DNA from: an uncultured Odoribacter sp.
Lineage (GTDB): Bacteria; Bacteroidota; Bacteroidia; Bacteroidales; Marinifilaceae
DNA: 49,386 bases
NCBI GenBank assembly: GCA_964564205.1
Contig: CAZMAE010000159.1
Span: forward strand, 1-49,386
Direction: 5' to 3'
The position numbers and the translations under genes are program-made. Position 1 is the stretch's first letter; every line of letters starts with the position of its first letter. Below are positions 1 through 10,194 of this stretch, piece by piece. The notes beneath the pieces are model-generated. The model had not been told where the DNA came from and made no database searches. It was given only the letters and a program-made list of their open reading frames with translations.

Positions 1-264
1 GAGCATGTCGCAACATCATCAAGAGCATGTCGCAACATCGTCAAGAACATGTCGCAACATCGTCAAGAGCATGTCGCAACATCATCAAGAACATGTCGCA
101 ACATCATCAAGAACATGTCGCAACAGCGTCAAGAACTCGTCACAACATCATCAAGAACATGTCGCAACAGCGTCAAGAACACGTCGCAACATCGTCAAGA
201 ACATGTCGCAACATCGTCAAGAGCATGTCACAACATCATCAAGAGCATGTCACAACGCCGTAAT
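1..264. repeat. Tandem array of a 22-bp unit (consensus GAACATGTCGCAACATCRTCAA): 11 full copies plus one degenerate copy, truncated by the window edge
   Basis: Units start at 1, 23, 45, 67, 89, 111, 133, 155, 177, 199, 221 and 243, head to tail with no spacers and only point substitutions. Confidence 0.97.
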
Positions 265-511
265 GACACGCTCGATACGCCGTACTTGAATAATCGACAC
301 CGGGATGAACAACTCCTTTTGTAAACGAAAGAGCCGCGGGATTCGATTGCGATATCGGCTCCGCAGGCTTTCAGGTCGCGGGCCAATTGCCAGGGAGCAC
401 AAAAATGAGGATAACCGCTGAAATGCCGGTCTGAAAGGGTGGTTTCCAGATTGGCGAAAACGTAGCCTGCTTGGGCCCAGTAAGGACGGATATATTGTCA
501 CCTGTATTTCT

Positions 512-1126
512 CTACCCCACGATCTCTGCATCCGTCACCTCTGATTCCTCCTCCATCTTCACCACTTTTTCCTTTTCCTCGAATTTCTTTCTCAACCGAT
601 TGATTTTATACTGGTTCAATAAATCAGTCACCCCATAGAAAATAGCAGTGACGCCGAACAAGATGAAGACCCCTTCGGCCGAAGAAAACGGATCGAACAA
701 AACGATCATACCGGCAATCAGAATCAGTACCGGGAAAAGATAGCTGATCCAGGAAACCGCTCCGAACTGACGGGCAGTAGCCAGCGTCACAAATTGCCCG
801 ACAGCAGCCAGTACCAAAATAAATCCCAACAGGTACATAAAAATAGTGGCAAAGCCCGAAGGCAGACACAACAGCAGCAAGCCCAACACCATACTGCCGA
901 CACCGCTGAAAGGCAACAAACTCCGTTTATGGTCCTCGCGGTTCCGGTTGGAAATGATAAACGCAATGAGCCCCGTGCTCAAAAATAAAATGCCGATCAG
1001 CATAATAATATACCTGACTGCAGCACCGGGCCAGATTACCAATACGACACCCAGAACGATGGCCAGCACAGCACGATAGATGGCTCCCTGAAAATTATTT
1101 GTAGTATAAACAATTTGCATAACCAT
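512..1126 (-). CDS. HdeD/DUF308 family membrane protein
   Basis: About 6 TM helices in two repeats (LGVVLVIWPG / LGLLLLCLP / AGMIVLFDPF) and an acidic tail. ATG at 1126 or 1120 is preferred over the TTG at 1159. Confidence 0.8.
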   Translation of the reverse strand: MVMQIVYTTNNFQGAIYRAVLAIVLGVVLVIWPGAAVRYIIMLIGILFLSTGLIAFIISNRNREDHKRSLLPFSGVGSMVLGLLLLCLPSGFATIFMYLLGFILVLAAVGQFVTLATARQFGAVSWISYLFPVLILIAGMIVLFDPFSSAEGVFILFGVTAIFYGVTDLLNQYKINRLRKKFEEKEKVVKMEEESEVTDAEIVG

Positions 1127-1270
1127 ATTTTTTATAAAGTTGAATATTTTTTTGGCCAAACGAAGATAGACATTTTTTTGTTATATCGTACCCGCCCTCC
1201 GGAAATTTACACTTTCCGGGGATGGATGCGGCTTAAAAAGGATCACCGCTCCCTCATCGCAGGTGTAATT

Positions 1271-1302
1271 TTTGGACCAAGCACAAAATTTAGCTACCTT
1301 TG
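1271..1302 (+). promoter_or_regulatory. Bacteroidota primary-sigma promoter for prfC
   Basis: TTTG (1271-1274), 20-nt spacer, TACCTTTG (1295-1302), 19 nt before the ATG. Confidence 0.75.
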
Positions 1303-1321
1303 CAACTTCAAAAAATGATCA

Positions 1322-2899
1322 ATGGGATATAAAGAAGAAATTTTACGCCGCCGTACTTTTGGCATCATCAGTCATCCGGATGCCGGGAAGACCACTTTGA
1401 CCGAGAAATTACTGCTTTTTGGCGGGGCTATCCATGTGGCAGGAGCTGTAAAATCGAACAAAATCAAGAAAACAGCAACCTCCGACTTCATGGAAATAGA
1501 ACGCCAGCGGGGAATCTCTGTCGCGACTTCCGTCATGGGCTTCGAATATAAAGGAATAAAAATCAACATTCTGGACACTCCGGGCCACCAGGATTTTGCC
1601 GAAGACACGTTCCGCACCCTAACGGCTTGCGACAGTGTCATCATTGTAATCGACGCCGCCAAAGGAGTAGAAACACAAACACGGAAACTGATGCAGGTTT
1701 GCCGGATGCGCAAAACTCCGGTAATTGTCTTCATCAATAAACTGGACCGCCCTGCCAACGATCCTTTCGATATTCTGGACGACGTGGAGAGAGAACTCCG
1801 GATTCAGGTAAATCCGCTAAGCTGGCCTATCGGCAGCGGCGACACCTTTAAGGGAATTTACAATTTACACCGCCGGAACCTTTGCCTGTACACCCCAAGC
1901 ATTCAGAACATACAGGAAGGTATAGAAATCGACGACATAGCCTCGGAAGAATTGGACCGTCACATTGGCGAAAGAGCGGCGGACAAGTTACGGGAAGACC
2001 TGGAATTAATACAGGAAGTCTATCCCGGAATCAACCGGGAGGAATACCTGGAAGCACATGTCGCTCCGGTATTTTTCGGTTCTGCGCTCAATAATTTCGG
2101 CATCCGCGAACTGCTCGACTGCTTCATCGAAATCGCTCCTTCACCCCTTCCCCGGGAAACCGAAGAAAGAGTAGTAAAACCCGATGAGGAGAAATTTTCC
2201 GGATTTGTCTTTAAAATTCATGCCAACATGGATCCCAATCACCGGGACCGGATTGCCTTCGTAAAAGTCTGTTCCGGGATCTTCAAACGCAACACCAACT
2301 ACCTGCATGTCCGGAATGGCAAACTATTTAAGTTTTCCACCCCTACGGCGTTCATGGCTTCCAAAAAATCGGTCATCGACGAAGCCTATCCGGGAGACAT
2401 CGTCGGCCTGCACGATACCGGAACATTCAAGATCGGCGACACACTGACCGAAGGCGAAAAACTGCACTATAAAGGAATTCCGAGTTTTTCACCCGAATTA
2501 TTCAAATACATCGAAAATGCCGATCCGATGAAATCCAAACAGCTGGCCAAAGGAATCGACCAACTGATGGATGAAGGGGTGGCACAGCTGTTTGTCAACC
2601 AATTCAACAACCGGAAAATCATCGGCACCGTAGGTGCTCTTCAGTTTGAAGTGATCGAGTACCGTCTGTTGCACGAATACGGCGCAGCCTGCCGCTGGGA
2701 GTCCCTCAATCTCTATAAAGCCTGCTGGCTGGAAGCACAGGACCAGACAGAACTGGAAGATTTCAAAAAGCACAAGGCACAATACATGGCCAAAGATAAG
2801 GAAGGAAGGGATGTATTCTTAGCCGATTCCGCCTACATGCTGCAAATGGCTCAGGAAAATTACAAAAAACTGATTTTTCATTTCACCTCCGAATTTTAA
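1322..2899 (+). CDS. prfC: Peptide chain release factor 3
   Basis: [26 protein letters not shown] and NKLD GTPase motifs; HRDRIAF; 525 aa. Confidence 0.98.
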   Translation: MGYKEEILRRRTFGIISHPDAGKTTLTEKLLLFGGAIHVAGAVKSNKIKKTATSDFMEIERQRGISVATSVMGFEYKGIKINILDTPGHQDFAEDTFRTLTACDSVIIVIDAAKGVETQTRKLMQVCRMRKTPVIVFINKLDRPANDPFDILDDVERELRIQVNPLSWPIGSGDTFKGIYNLHRRNLCLYTPSIQNIQEGIEIDDIASEELDRHIGERAADKLREDLELIQEVYPGINREEYLEAHVAPVFFGSALNNFGIRELLDCFIEIAPSPLPRETEERVVKPDEEKFSGFVFKIHANMDPNHRDRIAFVKVCSGIFKRNTNYLHVRNGKLFKFSTPTAFMASKKSVIDEAYPGDIVGLHDTGTFKIGDTLTEGEKLHYKGIPSFSPELFKYIENADPMKSKQLAKGIDQLMDEGVAQLFVNQFNNRKIIGTVGALQFEVIEYRLLHEYGAACRWESLNLYKACWLEAQDQTELEDFKKHKAQYMAKDKEGRDVFLADSAYMLQMAQENYKKLIFHFTSEF

Positions 2900-2931
2900 A
2901 CGCAACCGCCAATCATTCAAACTCAAAAGAT

Positions 2932-3303
2932 ATGCCAGAAATCGGAAAAACATACAGTCAGCAAATCATGGTTTCGGATAAGGACACCGCACTTGCCTAC
3001 GGTTCAGGCAGCCTTCCGGTATTCGCCACCCCGGCGATGACAGCCCTGATGGAAAATACCGCAGTACACTGCCTGGAAGGAGAACTGGAACCCGGCACCG
3101 ATACCGTAGGCATTGCGATCAACGTACAACATACGAAAGCAACCGCCGTAGGGCATCCTGTGATTTGCCAGGCCACTGTCACAGAGACCGAAGGACGACG
3201 GATTCGTTTCGAAATCACCGTCCGGGACGATAAAGGAGATATCGGTCATGCCATCCACGACCGTTTCATCATCGTTCCTGAAAAATTCATGAGTAAGCTC
3301 TGA
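2932..3303 (+). CDS. Hot-dog thioesterase, fluoroacetyl-CoA thioesterase (FlK) family
   Basis: GSGSLPVFATPAM..LME and VQHTKAT supply the Thr/Glu/His triad. Confidence 0.85.
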   Translation: MPEIGKTYSQQIMVSDKDTALAYGSGSLPVFATPAMTALMENTAVHCLEGELEPGTDTVGIAINVQHTKATAVGHPVICQATVTETEGRRIRFEITVRDDKGDIGHAIHDRFIIVPEKFMSKL

Positions 3304-3345
3304 AATGACCATTGTTTGAGGTATTAAGCCTTTATCTGTCATAAC

Positions 3346-5352
3346 ATGGACTTTCATTTAACATCGGAATTTCAGCCTACCGGAGACCAGCCTGAAGCCA
3401 TCGCCCAATTGAGCGAAGGGATATTCAGAGGCAGACCCTCCCAGGTTCTACTGGGAGTGACCGGATCAGGAAAGACCTTTACAGTGGCCAACGTCATCAA
3501 CCAAGTAAAACGACCGACGCTCATACTCAGTCACAACAAAACACTGGCCGCCCAATTGTACGGAGAATTCAAATCATTTTTTCCGGAGAATGCCGTAGAA
3601 TACTTTGTATCCTATTACGACTATTATCAACCGGAAGCCTATCTCCCGACCACCGACACCTATATTGAAAAAGACCTGGCCATCAATGACGAAATCGACA
3701 AACTACGCTTGCGGGCAACCGCCTCTTTGTTGTCGGGACGCCGGGATGTGATTGTGGTTTCATCGGTTTCCTGTTTATACGGCATGGCCGATCCGAGGGC
3801 TTTCGGTTCAAATGTCACCCACCTGAAAAAGGGAATGACCATCAGCCGGAATGTATTGCTGCGCCGTCTGGTGGATGCCCTTTATGCCAATAATGAAATA
3901 GAATTCAAAAGGGGCTGTTTCCGGGCCAAGGGCGAAACTGTAGATATCTTTCCGGCAATCGAAACGTACGACGGAATTGCCTACCGGGTTGAATTCTGGG
4001 ACGATGTGATCGACCGCATATCCTCATTCAATCCGGTAACGGGACAAACCCTGGGCACACAGGATGAACTGGATATTTATCCGGCCAATCTTTTCGTCAC
4101 AGACAAAGCCACCATCGCCCATGCTTTGTTTGAAATCGGACAAGATCTGGAGGCCCAGCTAACCTTTTTTAAAGAAAACGGCAAATTTCTGGAAGCCAAA
4201 CGGCTGGAAGAACGGGTGAAGTACGACATGGAAATGATCCGGGAACTGGGTTATTGTCCGGGCATCGAAAACTATTCGCGCTACTTCGACGGCCGGGCAG
4301 CCGGGATCAGGCCTTTCTGCCTGCTGGACTATTTTCCGGAAGACTTTCTGATGGTGATCGACGAATCGCATGTCACCCTGCCTCAGATCAGAGCCATGTA
4401 CGGCGGAGACCATGCCCGCAAAACCACTCTGGTGGATTATGGCTTCCGGCTTCCGGCAGCTTTTGACAACCGTCCGCTGACATTTGACGAATTTGAACAG
4501 AAAACCAGACAAACCATTTACATCAGTGCCACTCCTGCCGACTACGAATTAGGGAAAAGCGAGGGAGTGGTGGTGGAACAGATCATCCGTCCGACCGGCA
4601 TCCCCGATCCGTTGATCGAAATAGTACCGAGCCTGAATCAGATCGATCACCTGGTGAACGAGATTCAAAAACGCATCTCCCTCCAGGAACGGACGCTGGT
4701 GACAACCCTGACCAAGAAGATGGCAGAGGAATTAAGCAAATATCTGGACCGCATCGGTATCAAATGCCAATATATCCATTCGGACGTAGATACCATCGAA
4801 CGGGTCAAAATCCTGGAGAACCTGCGCAAAGGAGTGATCGACGTGCTAATAGGTGTCAATTTGCTGCGGGAAGGATTGGATTTGCCGGAAGTTTCGCTGG
4901 TAGCGATACTGGATGCCGACAAGGAAGGCTTTTTACGCTCAACACGTTCGCTGACGCAAACCGCCGGAAGAGCGGCCCGGCATGTGAACGGCAAAGTCAT
5001 CATGTATGCCGACCAGATTACCCGCTCGATGGAGGAAACCATCGATGAAACCAATTACCGGCGGGAAAAGCAGCTACGATACAATGAGGAACATCACATT
5101 ATCCCCCGTCAGATCCAAAAGTCTACAAATGCAGCACTCACCCGGGATACTTCCAAAGCTTATATCGAAGAAGAACACACGAACCTGGTGGCCGATCCGC
5201 TGGTGGCCTATCTGAGCAAACCGGATATCGAAAAAATGATACAAAAAACCAAAGCGGCCATGCAAAAAGCGGCCAAAGAACTGGACTTTCTGGAAGCGGC
5301 CCGCTTACGGGACGAGATGTTTATGCTGGAAGAAAAACTCAAGCAACAATAA
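3346..5352 (+). CDS. uvrB: Excinuclease ABC subunit B
   Basis: GVTGSGKT, YYDYYQPEAY beta-hairpin, DESH, C-terminal UVR coil (LDFLEAARLRD). Confidence 0.98.
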   Translation: MDFHLTSEFQPTGDQPEAIAQLSEGIFRGRPSQVLLGVTGSGKTFTVANVINQVKRPTLILSHNKTLAAQLYGEFKSFFPENAVEYFVSYYDYYQPEAYLPTTDTYIEKDLAINDEIDKLRLRATASLLSGRRDVIVVSSVSCLYGMADPRAFGSNVTHLKKGMTISRNVLLRRLVDALYANNEIEFKRGCFRAKGETVDIFPAIETYDGIAYRVEFWDDVIDRISSFNPVTGQTLGTQDELDIYPANLFVTDKATIAHALFEIGQDLEAQLTFFKENGKFLEAKRLEERVKYDMEMIRELGYCPGIENYSRYFDGRAAGIRPFCLLDYFPEDFLMVIDESHVTLPQIRAMYGGDHARKTTLVDYGFRLPAAFDNRPLTFDEFEQKTRQTIYISATPADYELGKSEGVVVEQIIRPTGIPDPLIEIVPSLNQIDHLVNEIQKRISLQERTLVTTLTKKMAEELSKYLDRIGIKCQYIHSDVDTIERVKILENLRKGVIDVLIGVNLLREGLDLPEVSLVAILDADKEGFLRSTRSLTQTAGRAARHVNGKVIMYADQITRSMEETIDETNYRREKQLRYNEEHHIIPRQIQKSTNAALTRDTSKAYIEEEHTNLVADPLVAYLSKPDIEKMIQKTKAAMQKAAKELDFLEAARLRDEMFMLEEKLKQQ

Positions 5353-5356
5353 AGGG

Positions 5357-7147
5357 TCAATTTTTCAGCAGGTCGTCCGCCAACTTTTCAAAAAATCCCC
5401 GGTAAGAAGAGATTTTCACTTTTCCGCTGAGCCTTTCCTTCCGGCCGAGTTCCATCGCCCTGTCGGCAAGCCACTGCGCCATTTTGTAGCGCAATCCGTT
5501 GTCGGAACAGTGTTCCCTGATCTTTACCCCCCAGGCATATAATTCGGCATCCGGAATGTGTTCCTCATTCCACTTCTCCTCGGCCAGGGTAATAAAAACT
5601 TTCCAGTCGCCGACTTTCTCAGCAGCGTGCATCCGGGCATTGCGGATAATGAGCCGGGCTCCTTCGACTTTTTCTTTCTTCAGCCGTTTGCCATAAGCTT
5701 TAAAACCCGCCTCATCAAATATACCCTCGTGTACAAAATTTTCCGCACCCGCGATCCACAGGTCAGCAATTTTTTGGCGGACATTCTTTTCTCCGTAAAG
5801 ATCATACAATTCATGCCGGTGACTCAGGATATAATCGAAAAATGCCGGAGAAAGGTTAATGCCATAGTGCTCCAATAATTTCCAGTAATGAGCCTCTTTC
5901 AATACTCCGGGCGTTTTTTTCCCAAAATAAACCTGCAAAACGCTGTCAGCCTCCTTTTCCAATCCGGCCCTTCCCAGCATACGGATATATTCTTCCAGAA
6001 ATCCATCCTCCCTGTCTCCGTCCTGATACCTTTTCCGCATATCCGCCACCCCTTTACCAGTCACCGCTTTAACCGCCTCTTCCCGCAATTCTTCGGGAGT
6101 TCCGACCCGGAGTATCCGATGAAGTTCGCGCCCGGAAGCATCGGTGAAAGTCAGACAGGATTGACCGGCTTCACTGCTTCTGCTAATGAAATGCTCTTTA
6201 AAATAAGCAGTGACTTCCGGATCGGTAAATAAACAGGCAGCCATTTGCTTGTGAGCGGCCCCGGGAATATAAAAATCCGTAAACACCAGTTTGCCCTGTT
6301 CGCGGGCCAGCAGAAGCGCCTCATCAACCGAAAGTTCACGGAAAGGTATTCCCTTTGCCTGCTCGAGGGCATTCCGGGCACAGGCCAGCAACTGAGCAGC
6401 ATCGCCGGCCCCTTTTTCAGTCAGAAGTATTTTTCCCTTGGCATTTAAAAATACCAGGGCAGCAGTTTCTCCGATCCCATATTTATCGCGGAAAGCCTCC
6501 CGCTGACGGCCGGACAAACGGAGATTGACAAAATAGGGATTAAAGAAATCGGCCACTTCATTCAATGTAAACACATTACGTTCCAGCAAGAGAGAGGCCT
6601 GATTCTGCTCGTCGGCCAAAAAAACAAACACCTCTTTTTCTTCCTCAGCCGCTTGCCCCAATGCCTGCGCAACATCCGCCTGCACAAAAGAAACGGTACG
6701 GCTATTAGCCTTTTTGATTTCGGCCAAAGCTCTCGCTTTTTCATAAGCTTCACGCAAGACTTCCGGATTCTGCCTGACAGCCTGCGGATCTGCCGTCCCT
6801 ACCAGATCGCCGTACGGCATAAAAAAAGCAAATACCGGATAAGGATGCAAAAGCAGACGGGAAACGAATTCCTGCCCTTGCGGTGTATTCATATCCATCC
6901 GGACAGCCACGACATTACGTTTCAGATAGCGCATGAGTTCCGGCTGTTTCTGCAACTGCCGCTCTAAACCCGGACAGGCTTCGCCGGCTTCCACCAACAC
7001 CAATTTATGTTCACGGGCAGCCTGCAAACTGGCCTGCTCCCAATTGAACGGGGAAAACAGAGCCAAAGAACGCTGTTGCGCCCCGGACGGCATCCCGAAC
7101 ATTCCAATCAACCATAAGACTATAAAAACAAAAATCCTGTTCATCAT
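5357..7147 (-). CDS. Exported protein with three degenerate thioredoxin-like (DUF255/Thioredoxin_7-type) domains and a helical C-terminus
   Basis: Signal peptide (MMNRIFVFIVLWLIGMFGMPSGA) and three repeats of the A..A.E.K.V/F...VF...EV..YF...F pattern. No CxxC. Confidence 0.7.
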   Translation of the reverse strand: MMNRIFVFIVLWLIGMFGMPSGAQQRSLALFSPFNWEQASLQAAREHKLVLVEAGEACPGLERQLQKQPELMRYLKRNVVAVRMDMNTPQGQEFVSRLLLHPYPVFAFFMPYGDLVGTADPQAVRQNPEVLREAYEKARALAEIKKANSRTVSFVQADVAQALGQAAEEEKEVFVFLADEQNQASLLLERNVFTLNEVADFFNPYFVNLRLSGRQREAFRDKYGIGETAALVFLNAKGKILLTEKGAGDAAQLLACARNALEQAKGIPFRELSVDEALLLAREQGKLVFTDFYIPGAAHKQMAACLFTDPEVTAYFKEHFISRSSEAGQSCLTFTDASGRELHRILRVGTPEELREEAVKAVTGKGVADMRKRYQDGDREDGFLEEYIRMLGRAGLEKEADSVLQVYFGKKTPGVLKEAHYWKLLEHYGINLSPAFFDYILSHRHELYDLYGEKNVRQKIADLWIAGAENFVHEGIFDEAGFKAYGKRLKKEKVEGARLIIRNARMHAAEKVGDWKVFITLAEEKWNEEHIPDAELYAWGVKIREHCSDNGLRYKMAQWLADRAMELGRKERLSGKVKISSYRGFFEKLADDLLKN

Positions 7148-7229
7148 CTGTCTGAGTTTATACAAAAATAAAAAACGCTCCGTTTATTCCTTGCGCTGTG
7201 CGACAAGATTTAACATTTCCGGTTTATTG

Positions 7230-7237
7230 CAAAAGTA
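7230..7237 (-). promoter_or_regulatory. -7 element (TACTTTTG) upstream of the thioredoxin-like gene
   Basis: CAAAAGTA on the + strand matches TAnnTTTG on the - strand. Confidence 0.55.
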
Positions 7238-7387
7238 CGGAATAAATCAGATCTCCAAGACGTATCTTTCAAAAACAATTCTGCAATAGATTCTGCGACC
7301 TGCTTTATTCCTCCGGATTTTGGCGTTTTTAACCGAAATCTTTATTATTTTTGTGAAAGCTAAAACCAAACGATTAATAATAAAAAG

Positions 7388-7765
7388 ATGAAAAAAGTAA
7401 TTAACTCACCGAAAGCCCCGAAGGCTATCGGTCCTTACAGTCAAGCAATCGAAGCAAACGGCACCCTGTATATCAGCGGACAGCTCCCTGTTGATGTCAA
7501 CACAGGTAAATTCGTAGAAGGAGGAATCAAAGAACAGACTGAACAATCCTTGAAAAACATCGGCTATATTCTGGAAGAAGCAGGATATACTTATGCCAAT
7601 GTCGTTAAAACCACTTGTCTATTGAGTGATATTGCCAACTTCGCTTCTATGAACGAAGTATATGCCAAATATTTTACGACAGAATGTCCGGCACGTGCAG
7701 CCTTTGCCGTAAAAAATCTGCCCATGGGAGCATTGGTTGAAATTGAAGTAGTCGCTGTCAAATAA
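7388..7765 (+). CDS. ridA: RidA/YjgF enamine-imine deaminase
   Basis: APKAIGPYSQA, SGQLP, PAR, LP.GALVEIE. A TATTTTTG -7 element lies at 7346-7353. Confidence 0.93.
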   Translation: MKKVINSPKAPKAIGPYSQAIEANGTLYISGQLPVDVNTGKFVEGGIKEQTEQSLKNIGYILEEAGYTYANVVKTTCLLSDIANFASMNEVYAKYFTTECPARAAFAVKNLPMGALVEIEVVAVK

Positions 7766-7945
7766 AAAACGGCTTCAACCAATTGCTTTATAATACTTAT
7801 GCAAATTCACCAATACCCACCTCTGAAAATACGATTTTCGTCAGAAAATTGGTGAATTTGCATTTTTTGGCTTCATCCCCCAGAAGCACCCCCCACAAAT
7901 ACACCTATCGAAAACGAAGTGCTAAATCAAAAAACCCATTAATCA

Positions 7946-8527
7946 ATGAATGTTATGAGTATCAAAGGATCTAAAACTGAACAAAATTTGCTGAAATCAT
8001 TTGCAGGGGAATCGCAAGCCAGAAGCCGTTATACCTTTTTTGCAAGTGTCGCTAAAAAAGAAGGTTATGAACAGATTGCCGGAGTGTTTACGGAAACCGC
8101 AGAACAAGAAAAAGAGCATGCCAAAAAATTCTTCAAATATCTGGAAGGCGGAATGATTGAAATTACAGCCTGCTACCCTGCCGGTATCATTGGCAGTACG
8201 GCTGAAAATCTGAAAGCCGCCGCAGAAGGAGAAAATGAAGAATGGGAGCAGCTTTACCCGGAATTTGCTAAAATTGCAGACGAAGAAGGCTTCCCTCAGA
8301 TTGCCAATACTTTCCGCCAGATAGCAAAAGTAGAAGCAGAACATGAAAAACGCTACCGCATTTTATTGGAACGTGTAGAAGCAGGAAAAGTATTTGAACG
8401 GGACGAAGAAATTGAATGGCAATGCCGGAATTGCGGCTATGTGGTGAAAAGCAAAAAAGCTCCGACGAAATGTCCCGCTTGTGAACATCCCCAGGCTTAC
8501 TTTGAACCGAAAAAGAACAATTACTAA
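7946..8527 (+). CDS. rbr: Rubrerythrin
   Basis: FAGESQA, EKEH and EAEH di-iron motifs; C-terminal CRNC...CPAC rubredoxin site. The start may be 7955. Confidence 0.96.
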   Translation: MNVMSIKGSKTEQNLLKSFAGESQARSRYTFFASVAKKEGYEQIAGVFTETAEQEKEHAKKFFKYLEGGMIEITACYPAGIIGSTAENLKAAAEGENEEWEQLYPEFAKIADEEGFPQIANTFRQIAKVEAEHEKRYRILLERVEAGKVFERDEEIEWQCRNCGYVVKSKKAPTKCPACEHPQAYFEPKKNNY

Positions 8528-8636
8528 AACTCCGTGCAATCCGTCCGTAAGCTCTGTTATCCGCTATTCTCCCGAAAAAGAAATGCAGGAACAAGACATA
8601 CGGGCACGCATAAGACAAAAACCACCGAAACCGAAG

Positions 8637-8665
8637 AAAAAGAACCGAAAAAACGGTTCTTTTTT
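8637..8665 (+). terminator. Intrinsic terminator after rbr
   Basis: AAAAAGAACCG-loop-CGGTTCTTTTTT. Confidence 0.75.
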
Positions 8666-8727
8666 ATTTATTTCTTATAACTTTGGCGACACTGCGTATA
8701 AATATAATTCATCTAAATAAAAAGACT

Positions 8728-10086
8728 ATGGTTGAAAAAGTTCGTCAAACCCTGCGCGACTCTAAAGCTGCACGCTGGACAGCCTTGGCAGTCGTTGCTT
8801 TTACTATGTTGTGCGGTTATTTCCTGACTGATGTCATGGCACCGCTAAAACCAATGCTGGAAAAAGAATTGCTGTGGACCAGTACCGATTACGGTATTTT
8901 TACCAGTGCCTACGGATGGTTCAATGTATTTTTGCTGATGCTGATTTTCGGCGGTATCATTCTTGATAAAGTAGGGGTTCGTTTCACTGGTGTGGGAGCT
9001 TGCACCCTCATGCTGATCGGTTGTGCCATCAAATACGGGGCCATTTCCGGATACCTCCCGCTGGCAGGTGAAATGCTGGGTATGAAATCGCAAGTAGCCG
9101 TTGCAGCACTTGGCTATGCCATTTTTGGAGTAGGCGTGGAAATTGCCGGTATTACCGTTTCTAAAGTTATCGTTAAATGGTTTAAAGGTTACGAAATGGC
9201 CCTGGCAATGGGGCTGGAAATGGCCACAGCCCGTTTAGGGACCATGCTGGCCATGGGTATCACCGTTCCCTTTGCCCATTTATGCAACAGCATCTCTGCT
9301 CCCATCCTCCTTTGTCTGATTATGCTTTGCATCGGTCTGATTGCATTCATCGTCTATACTTTCATGGATAAGAAGCTGGACGCTTCCGCCGGAGAAGAAG
9401 AAGTGCAAGAGGAATCTTTCCGGGTGAAAGACATCTGGTTAATCGTTGCAAACAAGGGATTCTGGCTGATCGCCCTCTTGTGTGTACTCTTTTATTCAGC
9501 CGTATTTCCTTTCCTGAAATATGCCACCGACCTGATGGTCAATAAATACGCTGTAGATCCGGAACTGGCCGGTATCATTCCGAGTTTATTACCTCTTGGG
9601 ACCTTATTCCTGACTCCTTTCTTTGGTAATCTTTACGATCACAAAGGGAAGGGAGCTACAATCATGCTGATCGGTGCCATTATGCTGATTGGAGTACATG
9701 TTCTTTTTGCCCTGCCTCTACTAAACTACTGGTGGTTTGCCACGCTGATCATGATCGTGCTGGGAATAGCCTTTTCGCTCGTTCCGTCAGCAATGTGGCC
9801 TTCTGTACCTAAAATCATTCCTGAAAAACAATTGGGAACAGCCTATGCCCTTATTTTCTGGGTACAAAACTGGGGACTGATGGGAGTTCCCGCTTTGATC
9901 GGATGGGTACTGGACCGCTACTGCAAATTAGGCGGTGAAGGACAACCCGCTTACGATTATACTTTACCCATGGCCATTTTTGCCTGTTTTGGCATCCTGG
10001 CTTTAATCATCGCTTTGATGTTAAAGGCAGAAGACAAGAAAAAAGGCTATGGGCTGGAACTTCCGAATATACAAAAAAACGACTGA
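8728..10086 (+). CDS. MFS transporter (MFSD1-like), substrate unknown
   Basis: About 12 TM helices and GGIILDKVGVR motif A. TAACTTTG at 8678-8685 supports ATG 8728 over TTG 8683. Confidence 0.88.
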   Translation: MVEKVRQTLRDSKAARWTALAVVAFTMLCGYFLTDVMAPLKPMLEKELLWTSTDYGIFTSAYGWFNVFLLMLIFGGIILDKVGVRFTGVGACTLMLIGCAIKYGAISGYLPLAGEMLGMKSQVAVAALGYAIFGVGVEIAGITVSKVIVKWFKGYEMALAMGLEMATARLGTMLAMGITVPFAHLCNSISAPILLCLIMLCIGLIAFIVYTFMDKKLDASAGEEEVQEESFRVKDIWLIVANKGFWLIALLCVLFYSAVFPFLKYATDLMVNKYAVDPELAGIIPSLLPLGTLFLTPFFGNLYDHKGKGATIMLIGAIMLIGVHVLFALPLLNYWWFATLIMIVLGIAFSLVPSAMWPSVPKIIPEKQLGTAYALIFWVQNWGLMGVPALIGWVLDRYCKLGGEGQPAYDYTLPMAIFACFGILALIIALMLKAEDKKKGYGLELPNIQKND

Positions 10087-10124
10087 TAAGGGAAAAGGTT
10101 AAACCTTCAATAGCACTCAATCGT

Positions 10125-10169
10125 TGAAAAAGAGGCTTATCTGAAATAGCGGATAAACCTCTTTTTTCA
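10125..10169 (+). terminator. Terminator-like hairpin between the MFS and FabK-like genes
   Basis: TGAAAAAGAGGcTTATC...GATAAaCCTCTTTTTTCA. Confidence 0.65.
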
Positions 10170-10194
10170 CAAATTTGTCAAACAGTTTTAAACC

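Noticed and set aside
1..264. CRISPR array
   Set aside because: The units are contiguous with no unique spacers, and there are no cas genes in the window.
5..324. Three overlapping repetitive ORFs (94, 78 and 91 aa)
   Set aside because: They arise because the 22-bp unit has no + strand stop codon. The period is not a multiple of 3 and all frames give the same permuted peptide. Coding from upstream cannot be fully excluded.
250..531. 93-aa minus-strand ORF or structured RNA between the array and the DUF308 gene
   Set aside because: No recognisable motif, and only short stems (e.g. GAGCCG/CGGCTC) at chance level.
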